A DNA stretch of 64,000 nucleotides from Vulcanimicrobiota bacterium (lineage in GTDB: Bacteria; Vulcanimicrobiota; Vulcanimicrobiia; Vulcanimicrobiales; Vulcanimicrobiaceae): NCBI GenBank assembly GCA_963733295.1, contig CAVTCS010000003.1, forward strand, positions 1,408,001 to 1,472,000, in the 5' to 3' direction. Positions 42,309 to 51,437 of the stretch are shown piece after piece; position 1 is the stretch's first letter; each line of letters begins with the position of its first letter. Position numbers and translations under genes: made by a program. The notes under the pieces are model-generated. The model saw only the letters and a list, made by a program, of their open reading frames with translations, ran no database searches and was not told the DNA's origin.

Positions 42309-43343
42309 ATGGGTCTGACTCTCGGTCGCGACGTTCTTCTGTTCTTTGAGGATCGCGATCGTGACACGTTGCTGCGGGGAGACCGGAAATTTCGGCGCGC
42401 CCTGCGCAAAAGCGTCGCCCTGCTGCGCCCGAATCGCCAGCGCGTTTCCGGTTTCGAGATGTCGTTCAGGTTGCTGCAGTTGGCCCTCGCCAAAATGGGT
42501 CAGCGAGTTCACGTCAACGATTTTGGACTGGCTCGCCGGAATCCGGAATTTCCGATCGGACTATGCGGCTACAGTCACGTTCTCGAGCATCGGAGCCTTC
42601 CGAACCCAGCTGTACTAGGTCCGGGCATCTTCGATCATCCGCTCCAAAACCTCGCTCTCTTCGAGGATCCGCGAAACGCGTCGTACCTCGTCCTCTGCGA
42701 TTGGATGGGCGACCTCTTTGCTCGCTGGTACGATCGCAGCCGGCTCTTTCTGTGGTTCGGCGGAATCGACGTCGCGCATTGGCCTGAGGGCCGCCGGCAT
42801 AAAGACATCGACGTGCTGGTTTACGACAAGATTCGCTGGAACCGCGATACGCTCGTCCCCAGCCTGCGCGAACCGTTGCTCGACGAACTGCGCCACCGCG
42901 GATTGGCCTTTCAAACGATAACCTACGGCCACTACACGCTCGGCACGTACAAGAAGCTTCTGGAACGAAGCAAATCGATGCTCTTCCTGTGCGAACACGA
43001 AACACAGGGCATGGCATACCAGGAAGCGCTTGCGAGCAACGTCCCGGTGCTCGCTTGGGACCAAGGTTCTTGGCTCGATCCGAATCGCGGAAAGTGGGAG
43101 CCGGATGAAATTCCCGCGAGTTCGGTGCCGTACTTCTCCCCGCAGTGCGGCGCGCGCTTCACCGATTCAAACGACTTCCCGGGCGCGCTCGAGCGCTTCC
43201 TAGCGCGACAAGATACCTACGAGCCACGCGCGTGGGTCGCTGAAAACCTCTCACCGCTCACATCGGGAGAGCTCTATCTGCGCGCATACTACCACGCGGC
43301 AGCGAATCTCGCTCCGCATATTCGCGAGCCGATTCGAGCCTGA
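42309..43343 (+). CDS. GT-B fold glycosyltransferase-like protein
   Basis: DVLVYDK, ETQGMAYQEALASNVPVLAW (E-x7-E motif). Confidence 0.75.
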   Translation: MGLTLGRDVLLFFEDRDRDTLLRGDRKFRRALRKSVALLRPNRQRVSGFEMSFRLLQLALAKMGQRVHVNDFGLARRNPEFPIGLCGYSHVLEHRSLPNPAVLGPGIFDHPLQNLALFEDPRNASYLVLCDWMGDLFARWYDRSRLFLWFGGIDVAHWPEGRRHKDIDVLVYDKIRWNRDTLVPSLREPLLDELRHRGLAFQTITYGHYTLGTYKKLLERSKSMLFLCEHETQGMAYQEALASNVPVLAWDQGSWLDPNRGKWEPDEIPASSVPYFSPQCGARFTDSNDFPGALERFLARQDTYEPRAWVAENLSPLTSGELYLRAYYHAAANLAPHIREPIRA

Positions 43344-43604
43344 GGATGAGCGGGAGCTGCAGCGCCTCGGGGAGTGCAAGTGAGCGTGCGGGTGCCAAGA
43401 GATTCCTCGAGCCAGCGACGCGTCGTTCCCGAGCATCCGGCAGTTCGGTCGCCCCGCCGGTGGAATCCGATCCTCTCCCCATTCGGGCCGCACGAACCCC
43501 CAAGTTTGGTGTATTGTCACGCCGGCAATCCGCACGGTATAGTCGATGAGTCCAGACACTCACAAGGGGCCACGCACGCCTTTTCCCGCGTAACCAGGAG
43601 AGAC

Positions 43605-44468
43605 ATGATAGGCAACTTTCCTCGCTCCCGTCAGGACCTGATCGTCAAAGAACTCGAAAACGAGTTACTCATCTACGACGAGAAATCGAAGAAAGCGCTC
43701 TGTTTGAACGCGAGTTCCGCGCTCATCTGGAAGATGTGTGACGGCGTCACAGCTGTCGCAGAAATCTCTGAGCGCACCGCTCGGTCGCTCGGCATGCCGC
43801 TCGACGACACGTTCGTGTCGTTCGCTCTGGAGCGTTTCCGCGCCGACGATTTGCTCGAGCCGGGTTTCCACGCTCCGGCCGAAACTGCAGCGATAACCCG
43901 CGCACAGGTGATGCGACGCATCGGCCGCGCGGGCGTCGCCGCGGCGGTCGCAGTCCCGCTCGTGACGGCCATCATGGCGCCGACTCCCGCGAAGGCGTAT
44001 GGTATCGAGCCGCCAACCAGCGGTTGCGTGCTCTACTCGACGGAGATCTTGCGCGCCGACGGGACTCTCGCGGCAGCGCACGATATCGCGGAAAGCGATT
44101 TGCTTTTCGGCGTGCGCGCCGATACCGGTGAATTCGTTCCGGGAACGGTGGCATCAGTACGGCAAGTGACGGCCCCAGGCTTCTACACGTTCGTGGCCCA
44201 GAGCGGCGACGTCGTCAGTTGCAGCCCGACGCACACCCTCATCCGCGGTTTCGGCGACTACCAAGGGACCCAGGCGCTCGAACTGAAGATGGGCGACCCG
44301 CTCTTGGTACACGATGCGCGAACCGGCCGAGCCGTCGAGTCCCCGATCGTGACCGCGAGTTACAGCAAAGTGCCGCAACCCGTATTGCTCTTCGAAATGG
44401 ATACGGACGAGCACACGTACTTCGCGGGTGGAATCGTCTCGCACAACAAGCGGCAACGTTCATTTTAG
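43605..44468 (+). CDS. PqqD/RRE domain + Tat-like leader + short core + intein-like Hint (BIL-type) domain fusion
   Basis: AGGAG RBS; ELLIYD....ALCLN.SSALIW..CDG (PqqD); Hint from C141 (CVLYSTEILRADG), SPTH, LKMGD, HTYFAGGIVSHN. Confidence 0.85.
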   Translation: MIGNFPRSRQDLIVKELENELLIYDEKSKKALCLNASSALIWKMCDGVTAVAEISERTARSLGMPLDDTFVSFALERFRADDLLEPGFHAPAETAAITRAQVMRRIGRAGVAAAVAVPLVTAIMAPTPAKAYGIEPPTSGCVLYSTEILRADGTLAAAHDIAESDLLFGVRADTGEFVPGTVASVRQVTAPGFYTFVAQSGDVVSCSPTHTLIRGFGDYQGTQALELKMGDPLLVHDARTGRAVESPIVTASYSKVPQPVLLFEMDTDEHTYFAGGIVSHNKRQRSF

Positions 44469-44482
44469 GCGGGGCGACCGGC

Positions 44483-45270
44483 CTGGGATCGGAACGACTG
44501 TCTCTCGTGGCGCATGGCGTACGGGTCGAAATCGTCGCGAACGAGCAGCACGTGCTCGAGCGCGCGGCAAGCTTGTTGCCTATCGGCTCGCAGCCGGTGG
44601 ACCTTTCCGAGGTCGACGCATCGTACCGCTTCTCCGAGGACCCGTCGGGTGCGGGGCATGTCTTGACGCATCGACGGCGAACGGATTGCCGGGCCCGGTG
44701 CGTTGGATCGGGTGCTCGAAAGCTTCGAGCCGCATCTTACCGTGCGCATCGCCGAGCGCGCGCCGCAGCATGTCTTCGTGCATGCAGGGGTGGTGGGCTG
44801 GCGAGGCCGGGCCATCTTGCTTCCTGGATACAGTTTCGCCGGTAAGACCACGCTCGTTGCCGAGCTCGTTCGCGCCGGCGCGTTATACTACTCGGATGAA
44901 TACGCCGTGCTGGACCGTGAGGGTCGCGTGCATCCCTATCCGCGCGCGTTACAGATGCGCAAACCGGGTGAACGCACCCAGACGCGGCTTGCGGTGAACG
45001 AGTTGGGTGGTACGATCGGGCGCGAGCCGCTGACGGTCGGCCTCATTGCTTTCTGCAGATACAAGAGCGGAGCCCGGTGGCGGCCCCGTAGACTCACTCC
45101 GGGCCGCGCCGTGCTCGAGATGTTTGGATATACGATGTCCGCACGATACGCGCCCGAAACCGCCTTGAGCACGCTGCAGCGCGCCGTCGCGGGAGCGACA
45201 CTTCTTGAAAGGGACTCGCGGCGAAGCGGCCCAGATCATCGATTTCATCTCGGGATCGTTCGATGCCTGA
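44483..45270 (+). CDS. HprK-related kinase (two apparent +1 frameshifts near 44669 and 45207; start uncertain)
   Basis: FVHAGVVGWRGRAILLPGYSFAGKTTLV.ELVRAGA.YYSDEYAVLD, then RGEA at the corrected C-terminus. Confidence 0.8.
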
Positions 45271-46351
45271 AGTGCGGTTCGCCGAACTGCGTCCAGCCGC
45301 CGAAGCGATCGCGGCGGTGCTGGCCGGGTCCTGGCGCTCCTCGCCGCCGCCTCTCCTCGTCTCGGCCGAAAGTCTTGACGAAGCCTTGCCGCTCCTCGCT
45401 CAAACGAACGCGGCAGCGCTCGCCTGGTGGCGCCTTCGCGACACCGATTTTGCGTCGCTCGCCGGCGCCGAAGCGCTACACGACGCGTACCGCTATGCCG
45501 CATTGCGGGCGCAGCTTCAGGAGTCGCGTCTGATTTCGGTCTTCGAAACGCTGCGTTCCGTTTCCGTCGAACCGATTCTCCTCAAGGGATGGGACATCGC
45601 GCGACTCTATCCGCAATGCGCCCCGCGACCTTACGAAGACATCGACCTGATCGTGCCTCCCGAGGAGTTGGAGCTCGCACAAACCACGCTTCGCTCGAAC
45701 GAGGGGACCGGCGCAATCGTCGACTTCGTTCACGCGGAAATCTCCGTTTTCGACAGCGGCGACTGGAGCGGACTCTACGCTCGCAGTCGGATCGTCGGCC
45801 TCGCGGGCAGCGTCGTCCGCGTGCTCTCTCCCGAGGATCACCTTCGAGCGATCTGTCTCCATGGGCTCAAGCACTGCTTTTCGAACCCTCTCTGGTTGAG
45901 CGACATTGGCGTCAGCGTCGAAGCGGCGACTCGGGAGTTCGATTGGGCAAGATGCTTCGGCCAGAGACAACCGCAGAAGCAATGGATCGGCTGCGCGATC
46001 GGTCTGGCGCGCGACTTGCTTGGATGCGAGGTGCCGGCGGAAGGTGCCCAACGCATCGAACCGCTACCCCGTTGGCTGGTTCCGGTCGTTTTGGAGACGT
46101 GGATTCGTTGGGCTATCGCCGGCCCCGACGAACGCTGGGCCCTCCGCGAAATCTTCGATCGTCCGACTGATGCCTTGAACGTCGTCGCCCGGCGTTGGCC
46201 CAACCAACTCGTCGTCGCGCTCAAGCGCCGGTCGCGTTTGAGCGACGACCCGCCCTGGCTGCAAAGACTCTACGCGCTCGCCTATCTTTTCGAACCGAAA
46301 CGCGTCGTAGAGGCTCTTTTGCGGAACGCGCCTCAACGGTCGACGCCCTAA
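45263..46351 (+). CDS. Nucleotidyltransferase family protein (NTP_transf_5-like)
   Basis: PILLKG..AR.YP....RPYEDIDL, EDHL..CLH, WL.DI. Confidence 0.85.
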   Translation: MPEVRFAELRPAAEAIAAVLAGSWRSSPPPLLVSAESLDEALPLLAQTNAAALAWWRLRDTDFASLAGAEALHDAYRYAALRAQLQESRLISVFETLRSVSVEPILLKGWDIARLYPQCAPRPYEDIDLIVPPEELELAQTTLRSNEGTGAIVDFVHAEISVFDSGDWSGLYARSRIVGLAGSVVRVLSPEDHLRAICLHGLKHCFSNPLWLSDIGVSVEAATREFDWARCFGQRQPQKQWIGCAIGLARDLLGCEVPAEGAQRIEPLPRWLVPVVLETWIRWAIAGPDERWALREIFDRPTDALNVVARRWPNQLVVALKRRSRLSDDPPWLQRLYALAYLFEPKRVVEALLRNAPQRSTP

Positions 46352-47076
46352 TGCCGCTGGATTTTCAGAGCCGTACTCAGGAGCGCGAATCGCCGCCCGG
46401 CGGACGAAAAGCAGGCGCGCCGCTTTTCGCCCGCATTGCCGACCATCGCGATCCTCACTCGCTCGCCGCTCGACTGCGCGCGCGAAGACTGCTCTTCTTT
46501 TCCGACCTGCTGGCACGGCTGCCGCACCCGGTTACGATACTCGACGTGGGCGGCACTTCGGACTTTTGGAGAAACTTGGAGCTTGCGAAAGATGGCGTCA
46601 AGGTCATCATTCTCAACGTGAAGATCGAGCCTAGCGACGATCCGCGTTTCGAGAGCCGAGTCGGCGACGCGCGAGACCTCAGCGCTTTCGCGAATAAAAG
46701 CGTCGACGTCGTCTATTCAAATTCGGTTATCGAGCACGTCGGTACGTTCGAAGACCAGCGCAAAATGGCGGCCGAGGTGCGCCGCGTGGCCAAGCGCTAC
46801 TTCATCCAGACGCCGAATGCGTGGTTTCCCATCGAACCGCACTTCTTGTTCCCGGGTTTTCAGTTCATGCCGCTCGCCGTCCGCACGTTTCTCTTGACCC
46901 GGTTCAGGCTGGGCTGGCTACCGCGCGAACGCGACCGAGCACGCGCCAGGGAGATCGTCGCTTCGGTGCGTTTGCTCGACGCGCGGCAAATGCGCAGCTT
47001 GTTTCCGGAAGCGGCAATCCACCGCGAGCGCTTTCTCGGCCTCTCCAAGAGCCTCACCGCATACTCCGGATGGTGA
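46351..47076 (+). CDS. Class I SAM-dependent methyltransferase
   Basis: ILDVGGT, GDARDL, SNSVIEHV, QTPN..FPIEPH. Confidence 0.88.
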   Translation: MPLDFQSRTQERESPPGGRKAGAPLFARIADHRDPHSLAARLRARRLLFFSDLLARLPHPVTILDVGGTSDFWRNLELAKDGVKVIILNVKIEPSDDPRFESRVGDARDLSAFANKSVDVVYSNSVIEHVGTFEDQRKMAAEVRRVAKRYFIQTPNAWFPIEPHFLFPGFQFMPLAVRTFLLTRFRLGWLPRERDRARAREIVASVRLLDARQMRSLFPEAAIHRERFLGLSKSLTAYSGW

Positions 47077-47341
47077 ACCCGGCCGCCCTCCAATAACTGC
47101 CGTCCCAGAGTTCCTGGAGGATGGCGTCACGGCGCACCCGGAACTCCGGTGGATGGCCCGCGAGACGAACGCCTGTTTCCACGACCCGGGAAAGGGGAGC
47201 CGGCGGCTCGTCGGAATCGGAAATCGTCGCTGTTTTCACCGAACCGGACCAGCGAGCAGATGCAAGCTGACCGGCAAGCGGATTCCGAGGTATTAAGGTA
47301 AGCTGCTAGAGTTCTTCGGGCTCGTCCCCGGCGCGAACGCC

Positions 47342-48121
47342 ATGCGCGGGAGGTTCAGGATAGCGCGCCGGGGCGTCGCGCTCCGCTGCGCCATCGCGTT
47401 CGGCGCGCTGGCCCAGCTCGTGCCGGCGGTCGCCGGCGCTCAGGAGTCGTATCGGCTCGCTCTCGAGCCCTCGACTGCGCCGGTGGTTCCGCGCTACGTG
47501 CCGTTCGTTCTTCTCCTTGTGCTCGAGGTAGTCGCCATCCTCACGGCGGTGCTCGTCTTGAGCCGCCGGCCGGCTTCACCCGGTGCGCCCCTTCTGTGCT
47601 CGCGCTGCGCGCGGTTGCACGCGCGGACCGAAGCGTTCGCGCGGGTAGCGGACGCTGCGGCCGTCGGCGCCCTGGCGTTCCTCGTCGCGCTACCGTTTGT
47701 CGCGGCTGGCTATGAGACCGGGTTCACCCTACCGGGCACGGTGTTGGCCATTTCGGCCGTCGTGGCCGTCGTCGCCCTGGCCGCCGAAGCCGACTTCCTC
47801 GTACGCGCTCTTGCCGCGCGCCTTTTGCCGCAGTTCACGTGGAGCGCCGAACCGGGCCGCATCATCGGCGGCGGTGCGCGCTGGCTCGGGGTGATCTTCG
47901 CGCTGTATCTCTTCGAACCGCGCAGCGCCGGAATCGCCGCACTCTTCGGAGGCGTCGGCCGGCGGCTCATGCTGGACCTCACGTCCACTTGGACGATTTT
48001 CGCCGCCGCGGCGATCCTCGTTTTCACGCTGATCGTCGCACTGTTGACCCGGTGGCTCGCGCCGCTCATATTCGGCAGCCTACCGCTCACCGCTCGCAAG
48101 CCGCACGGAACTTCGGCGTGA
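47342..48121 (+). CDS. Hypothetical membrane protein
   Basis: Signal-like N-terminus and several TM segments; stop overlaps the MoxR start. Confidence 0.6.
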   Translation: MRGRFRIARRGVALRCAIAFGALAQLVPAVAGAQESYRLALEPSTAPVVPRYVPFVLLLVLEVVAILTAVLVLSRRPASPGAPLLCSRCARLHARTEAFARVADAAAVGALAFLVALPFVAAGYETGFTLPGTVLAISAVVAVVALAAEADFLVRALAARLLPQFTWSAEPGRIIGGGARWLGVIFALYLFEPRSAGIAALFGGVGRRLMLDLTSTWTIFAAAAILVFTLIVALLTRWLAPLIFGSLPLTARKPHGTSA

Positions 48122-49068
48122 CTCGCGACAGCACGTTCGAGGCCGCGTACGCCGACATCGAAGGTCTCATCGCGAACATCGAACGCGTCTTCGTGGGCAA
48201 GCGTGAGGTCGTCAGGCTTGTGGTCGCTGCGCTCCTTTCGCGCGGCCACGTGCTCCTCGAAGATCGCCCGGGCGTTGGAAAGACGATGCTCGCACGGACG
48301 CTGGCGCGTTCGATCTCTTGCGAATTCAAACGCGTGCAATGCACCCCGGACCTGCTCCCCGTCGACATCACCGGCTACGTCGACCCGCGCAAGGAAGCGT
48401 TCGTCCCGGGTGCGGTGTTTGCAAACATCGTGCTCGCGGACGAGCTCAATCGAGCGATGCCCCGCACGCAAAGCGCGCTGTTGGAAGCGATGGGCGAGGC
48501 GCAGGTCACCGTCGATGGTCGCTCCTATCCGCTCCCCGATCCCTTCATCGTCATCGCGACGCAGAATCCCATCGAACACTCCGGCGTGAACGATTTGCCC
48601 GAGGCGCAACTCGACCGTTTCCAGCTCCTGCTGTCGCCGGGCTACCCCGACGAAGACGAAGAGGTCGAAATCCTTCGCGACAGAATGGTCGAAGATCCGC
48701 TGACCAGCGTGGAGGCGGTGCTCACGATCGACCGCGTGCGCGAACTGATGGCACTCGTAACCCGCGTTACCGTCGACGAGCGGCTGCTGCGTTACATCAT
48801 CGCCGCGGTACGGCAGAGCCGCCTTTCCGACGAGCTCGCCCTCGGCGCGAGCCCGCGCGCCGCTCTCCAGTTGATGCAGCTCGCGCGCGCTTACGCGCTC
48901 GTTCAGGGGCGCGGCTACGTGATTCCCGACGACGTCAAAGCGCTCTTCGTCTACGCCCTGCCACACCGGCTGATCCCCAAGGTCATGCCCGAATCGCTCA
49001 TAAGCATGACCGAATGGAAGACGCGGATTGTGAAGCGGTTCGTCGACACCGTTGACTTGCCGAGCTGA
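48118..49068 (+). CDS. moxR: MoxR family AAA+ ATPase
   Basis: HVLLED.PGVGKT, TPDLLP.DITG, DELNRA.PRTQSALLEAM, ATQNPIE, LPEAQLDRF, GASPR. Confidence 0.93.
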   Translation: MTRDSTFEAAYADIEGLIANIERVFVGKREVVRLVVAALLSRGHVLLEDRPGVGKTMLARTLARSISCEFKRVQCTPDLLPVDITGYVDPRKEAFVPGAVFANIVLADELNRAMPRTQSALLEAMGEAQVTVDGRSYPLPDPFIVIATQNPIEHSGVNDLPEAQLDRFQLLLSPGYPDEDEEVEILRDRMVEDPLTSVEAVLTIDRVRELMALVTRVTVDERLLRYIIAAVRQSRLSDELALGASPRAALQLMQLARAYALVQGRGYVIPDDVKALFVYALPHRLIPKVMPESLISMTEWKTRIVKRFVDTVDLPS

Positions 49069-49079
49069 ACGCCGGACGC

Positions 49080-50243
49080 ATGGAATGGCCTTCCCGTATC
49101 GAGTTGACGATCGCGCCGCCGATCGGCATCGCCGTGTTCGCCGTGGCGCTCGTGGCCGCCGCGATCGCCGGTGCGCTGCACCCGGCACTCCGTCCCCTCG
49201 CTGCGTTCGTGGTCGCCTTCCCATTCCTGTGGATCGTTTTCGCGACGATGCTCTCGTATACGACCGCACGCGCGTTGCGCACGACCCGGGTCGATATTCC
49301 ATCGCGAACGCGCGCGATGAGTACCTTCCCCTTAACGCTCACACTCGCCCACGACGGGCACGCGTTCCCAGCGCTCGGCGTCTTGACGAACGCGAGATTC
49401 TCGATCTCCGGCGACGTGATCGAGTCCGGTCCTTGGGCTGAGATTCCCCTCCTCGAGACCCGGCGCGCCGCGACGTCGCACTGGGACGTAACGGTGAAAC
49501 GGCGCGGGACGCTCGTCGTCGGACCCTTTCGCGCCGCCGTCGAGCTGCCCGGAAGCGCGCTCCGCGCGACCGTGGTCTTCGAGCGCACCTACAGGGTCAC
49601 GGTGCTTCCGGCGATCTATCACCTGCAACCGTTCGTCGACGCGCTGCTCGCCGGCCGGCACGTCGCCATCGGACGATCCCAGACGCTTCCCGCCGCGATC
49701 GAAGAGTACGTCGGGGCACGCGAATACCGTCCCGGCGACTCACCGAAGCTGATCCATCGCGTCCTGTCGCTGCGCACGCCCGATCCGGACCAGTTCTACG
49801 TGCGGGAGTTCCAAGACCCGAGCCGCGACGATCTCAGCCTCGTGCTCGACACGGCACCGCCGCTCGACGGTGACGCCACGCTTCACCGCTATCGCTTGGA
49901 GAAAGCCATCTGCTTCGTCTCTGCGTTGAGCCGGACGTTTGCGGCGCGGCGACTCACGGTGCGATTTGTTTATCAGCGCGGAGTGCACGACGTCGTGGCG
50001 CTGCGTTTGCGGCCGTTCGACGCGGACCTCGATCGCCTCGATAAAGAGCTCGCGCAACTCGACCTCGCGGGCGACCGCGCGACGCTCGGGCGAGTTCTGC
50101 TCGGCGAGGTGCGCCGCCATGGCGCGGCCGTCATCTTCGTCAGCCTGCGCCCGCGCGAACAAGTCGAGCAACAGCGCCTTCCCTTGGTGACGCTAACGCC
50201 GGGCCACATTCCCGTCTTCACCAGCGAGGTCGTGTCGTTGTGA
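49080..50243 (+). CDS. DUF58 domain membrane protein
   Basis: RRG..VGP, REYRPGD..K.IH, VREF..,LDT. Confidence 0.85.
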   Translation: MEWPSRIELTIAPPIGIAVFAVALVAAAIAGALHPALRPLAAFVVAFPFLWIVFATMLSYTTARALRTTRVDIPSRTRAMSTFPLTLTLAHDGHAFPALGVLTNARFSISGDVIESGPWAEIPLLETRRAATSHWDVTVKRRGTLVVGPFRAAVELPGSALRATVVFERTYRVTVLPAIYHLQPFVDALLAGRHVAIGRSQTLPAAIEEYVGAREYRPGDSPKLIHRVLSLRTPDPDQFYVREFQDPSRDDLSLVLDTAPPLDGDATLHRYRLEKAICFVSALSRTFAARRLTVRFVYQRGVHDVVALRLRPFDADLDRLDKELAQLDLAGDRATLGRVLLGEVRRHGAAVIFVSLRPREQVEQQRLPLVTLTPGHIPVFTSEVVSL

Positions 50244-51085
50244 GAGACTGGCTCAGGCGTGTCGATCCAGCGTTCTACCACAAAGAGCCGTACCTGCTCC
50301 GGACCCAGGCGCAGATCGCCAGGTATACGGAGGAAGCTCAAGCCGAGGTACGGTTGAGCGTGCTAACCGCCGATCGCCTGTTGCACGCCGCGACGACGAT
50401 CGTCGCGTTGGCCGCGTACGTGGCAGCGACCGCTGGCGGCGCGCTCGACCCACACCGCGATTGGCTGACGTTGTGGGCTTTCGCTGCTCTCGCAGTCGCC
50501 GCGGCGCGCGCGCTTCCGTGGTCGCCGCGCCCCGGAAACACGATTGCGCTGCGAGACGCGCTCGTCGGCAGCGCGCTGATCGCGATACCGGCGCTTTGGA
50601 CTCGTCCCGACCCCATCGTCCTCGCCCTTGCGTTGCTCACCGGAGCCACGCTCTACGCCGCCCGCGGGCCCGGGCGCATCGCACTGCTCGCGTTGGCCGT
50701 CGGCGTGCTTTTCGGCGTGCGCGCGCATCCGCTCTTCGCCGCCCCGATGGCAGCCGTCCTCGCCGTGGGCTTGGGTGCACTCGCGGTCAGAGAAAGCGGA
50801 CGCGTTTGGCAGCGCCGTCCGCAGGTGCTGACATGGGCCGCGTTCGCAACGCTGCTCATCGTGTGTGCCTACACCTTCGCTTTCAATGCTCCGGCCATCG
50901 CGCCGCACGTTCCCGTCGAAATCGCCGCGATCGCCGTCGCATACCTCGGCGTTTGCATCATTGCGGGCCGAATCCGCCGAGCCGAACTTATCGCGCGCCC
51001 AGGCGGGCTCTTGTCGATCCCGCAGAGTATCGTCCCGCTGCTCGATCGTTCGCACGACCATGCCATCATCTGCCGGCTTGAATAA
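50240..51085 (+). CDS. Hypothetical polytopic membrane protein
   Basis: Translationally coupled ORF with about 7-8 TM segments. Confidence 0.6.
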   Translation: MRDWLRRVDPAFYHKEPYLLRTQAQIARYTEEAQAEVRLSVLTADRLLHAATTIVALAAYVAATAGGALDPHRDWLTLWAFAALAVAAARALPWSPRPGNTIALRDALVGSALIAIPALWTRPDPIVLALALLTGATLYAARGPGRIALLALAVGVLFGVRAHPLFAAPMAAVLAVGLGALAVRESGRVWQRRPQVLTWAAFATLLIVCAYTFAFNAPAIAPHVPVEIAAIAVAYLGVCIIAGRIRRAELIARPGGLLSIPQSIVPLLDRSHDHAIICRLE

Positions 51086-51437
51086 TCCGCAGCTGCGGTC
51101 GCTGCTGTGGCTCGCCGCGGTCCCGCTCGTGACGCTGGCGGCATCGCTCTTGTTGGCTTACGCGGTTACGCTGGTGCCGCACTTTCATTGGATCCGCATC
51201 GGCGTGCACCGCGCGGCTCCGCAAACAACGATCGCAGCCCCGGCGGCGCGGCCGTTTCCAGTCTCGACGGCCGGGAACGACGCCGGCGCGGCGAGCGCCG
51301 CCGCGAGCGAGCCGGCATCATTGTGGGCGCTGCTCGCGCCGTGGGCGATCGCCGTCGACGCGGTCGCGCTGCTGGGATTCGCGGCGGTTCTCATGGTGCG
51401 CTACAGTTCGCGTCGCGGTCGCGGAGCGCGAACGTGA
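51078..51437 (+). CDS. Hypothetical two-TM membrane protein
   Basis: TTG start overlaps the previous stop; two hydrophobic segments. Confidence 0.5.
   Translation: MNNPQLRSLLWLAAVPLVTLAASLLLAYAVTLVPHFHWIRIGVHRAAPQTTIAAPAARPFPVSTAGNDAGAASAAASEPASLWALLAPWAIAVDAVALLGFAAVLMVRYSSRRGRGART

Noticed and set aside
44025..44447. Canonical splicing intein or homing element
   Set aside because: There is no endonuclease insert, the +1 residue is Lys, the C-extein is only 6 aa and the host is not a conserved housekeeping protein; a BIL-type domain fits better.
44025..44468. Polymorphic toxin (pre-toxin Hint)
   Set aside because: No toxin domain follows HN and no immunity-like gene is adjacent.
6480..45210. 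Programmed ribosomal frameshifting or phase variation
   Set aside because: No slippery heptamers or shared simple repeats at the break sites; sequencing error is more parsimonious.
43605..47076. Lasso peptide cluster
   Set aside because: RRE, kinase and NTase are lasso-associated, but there is no cyclase or B2 peptidase in the window and the 9-aa core is too short for a ring plus tail.
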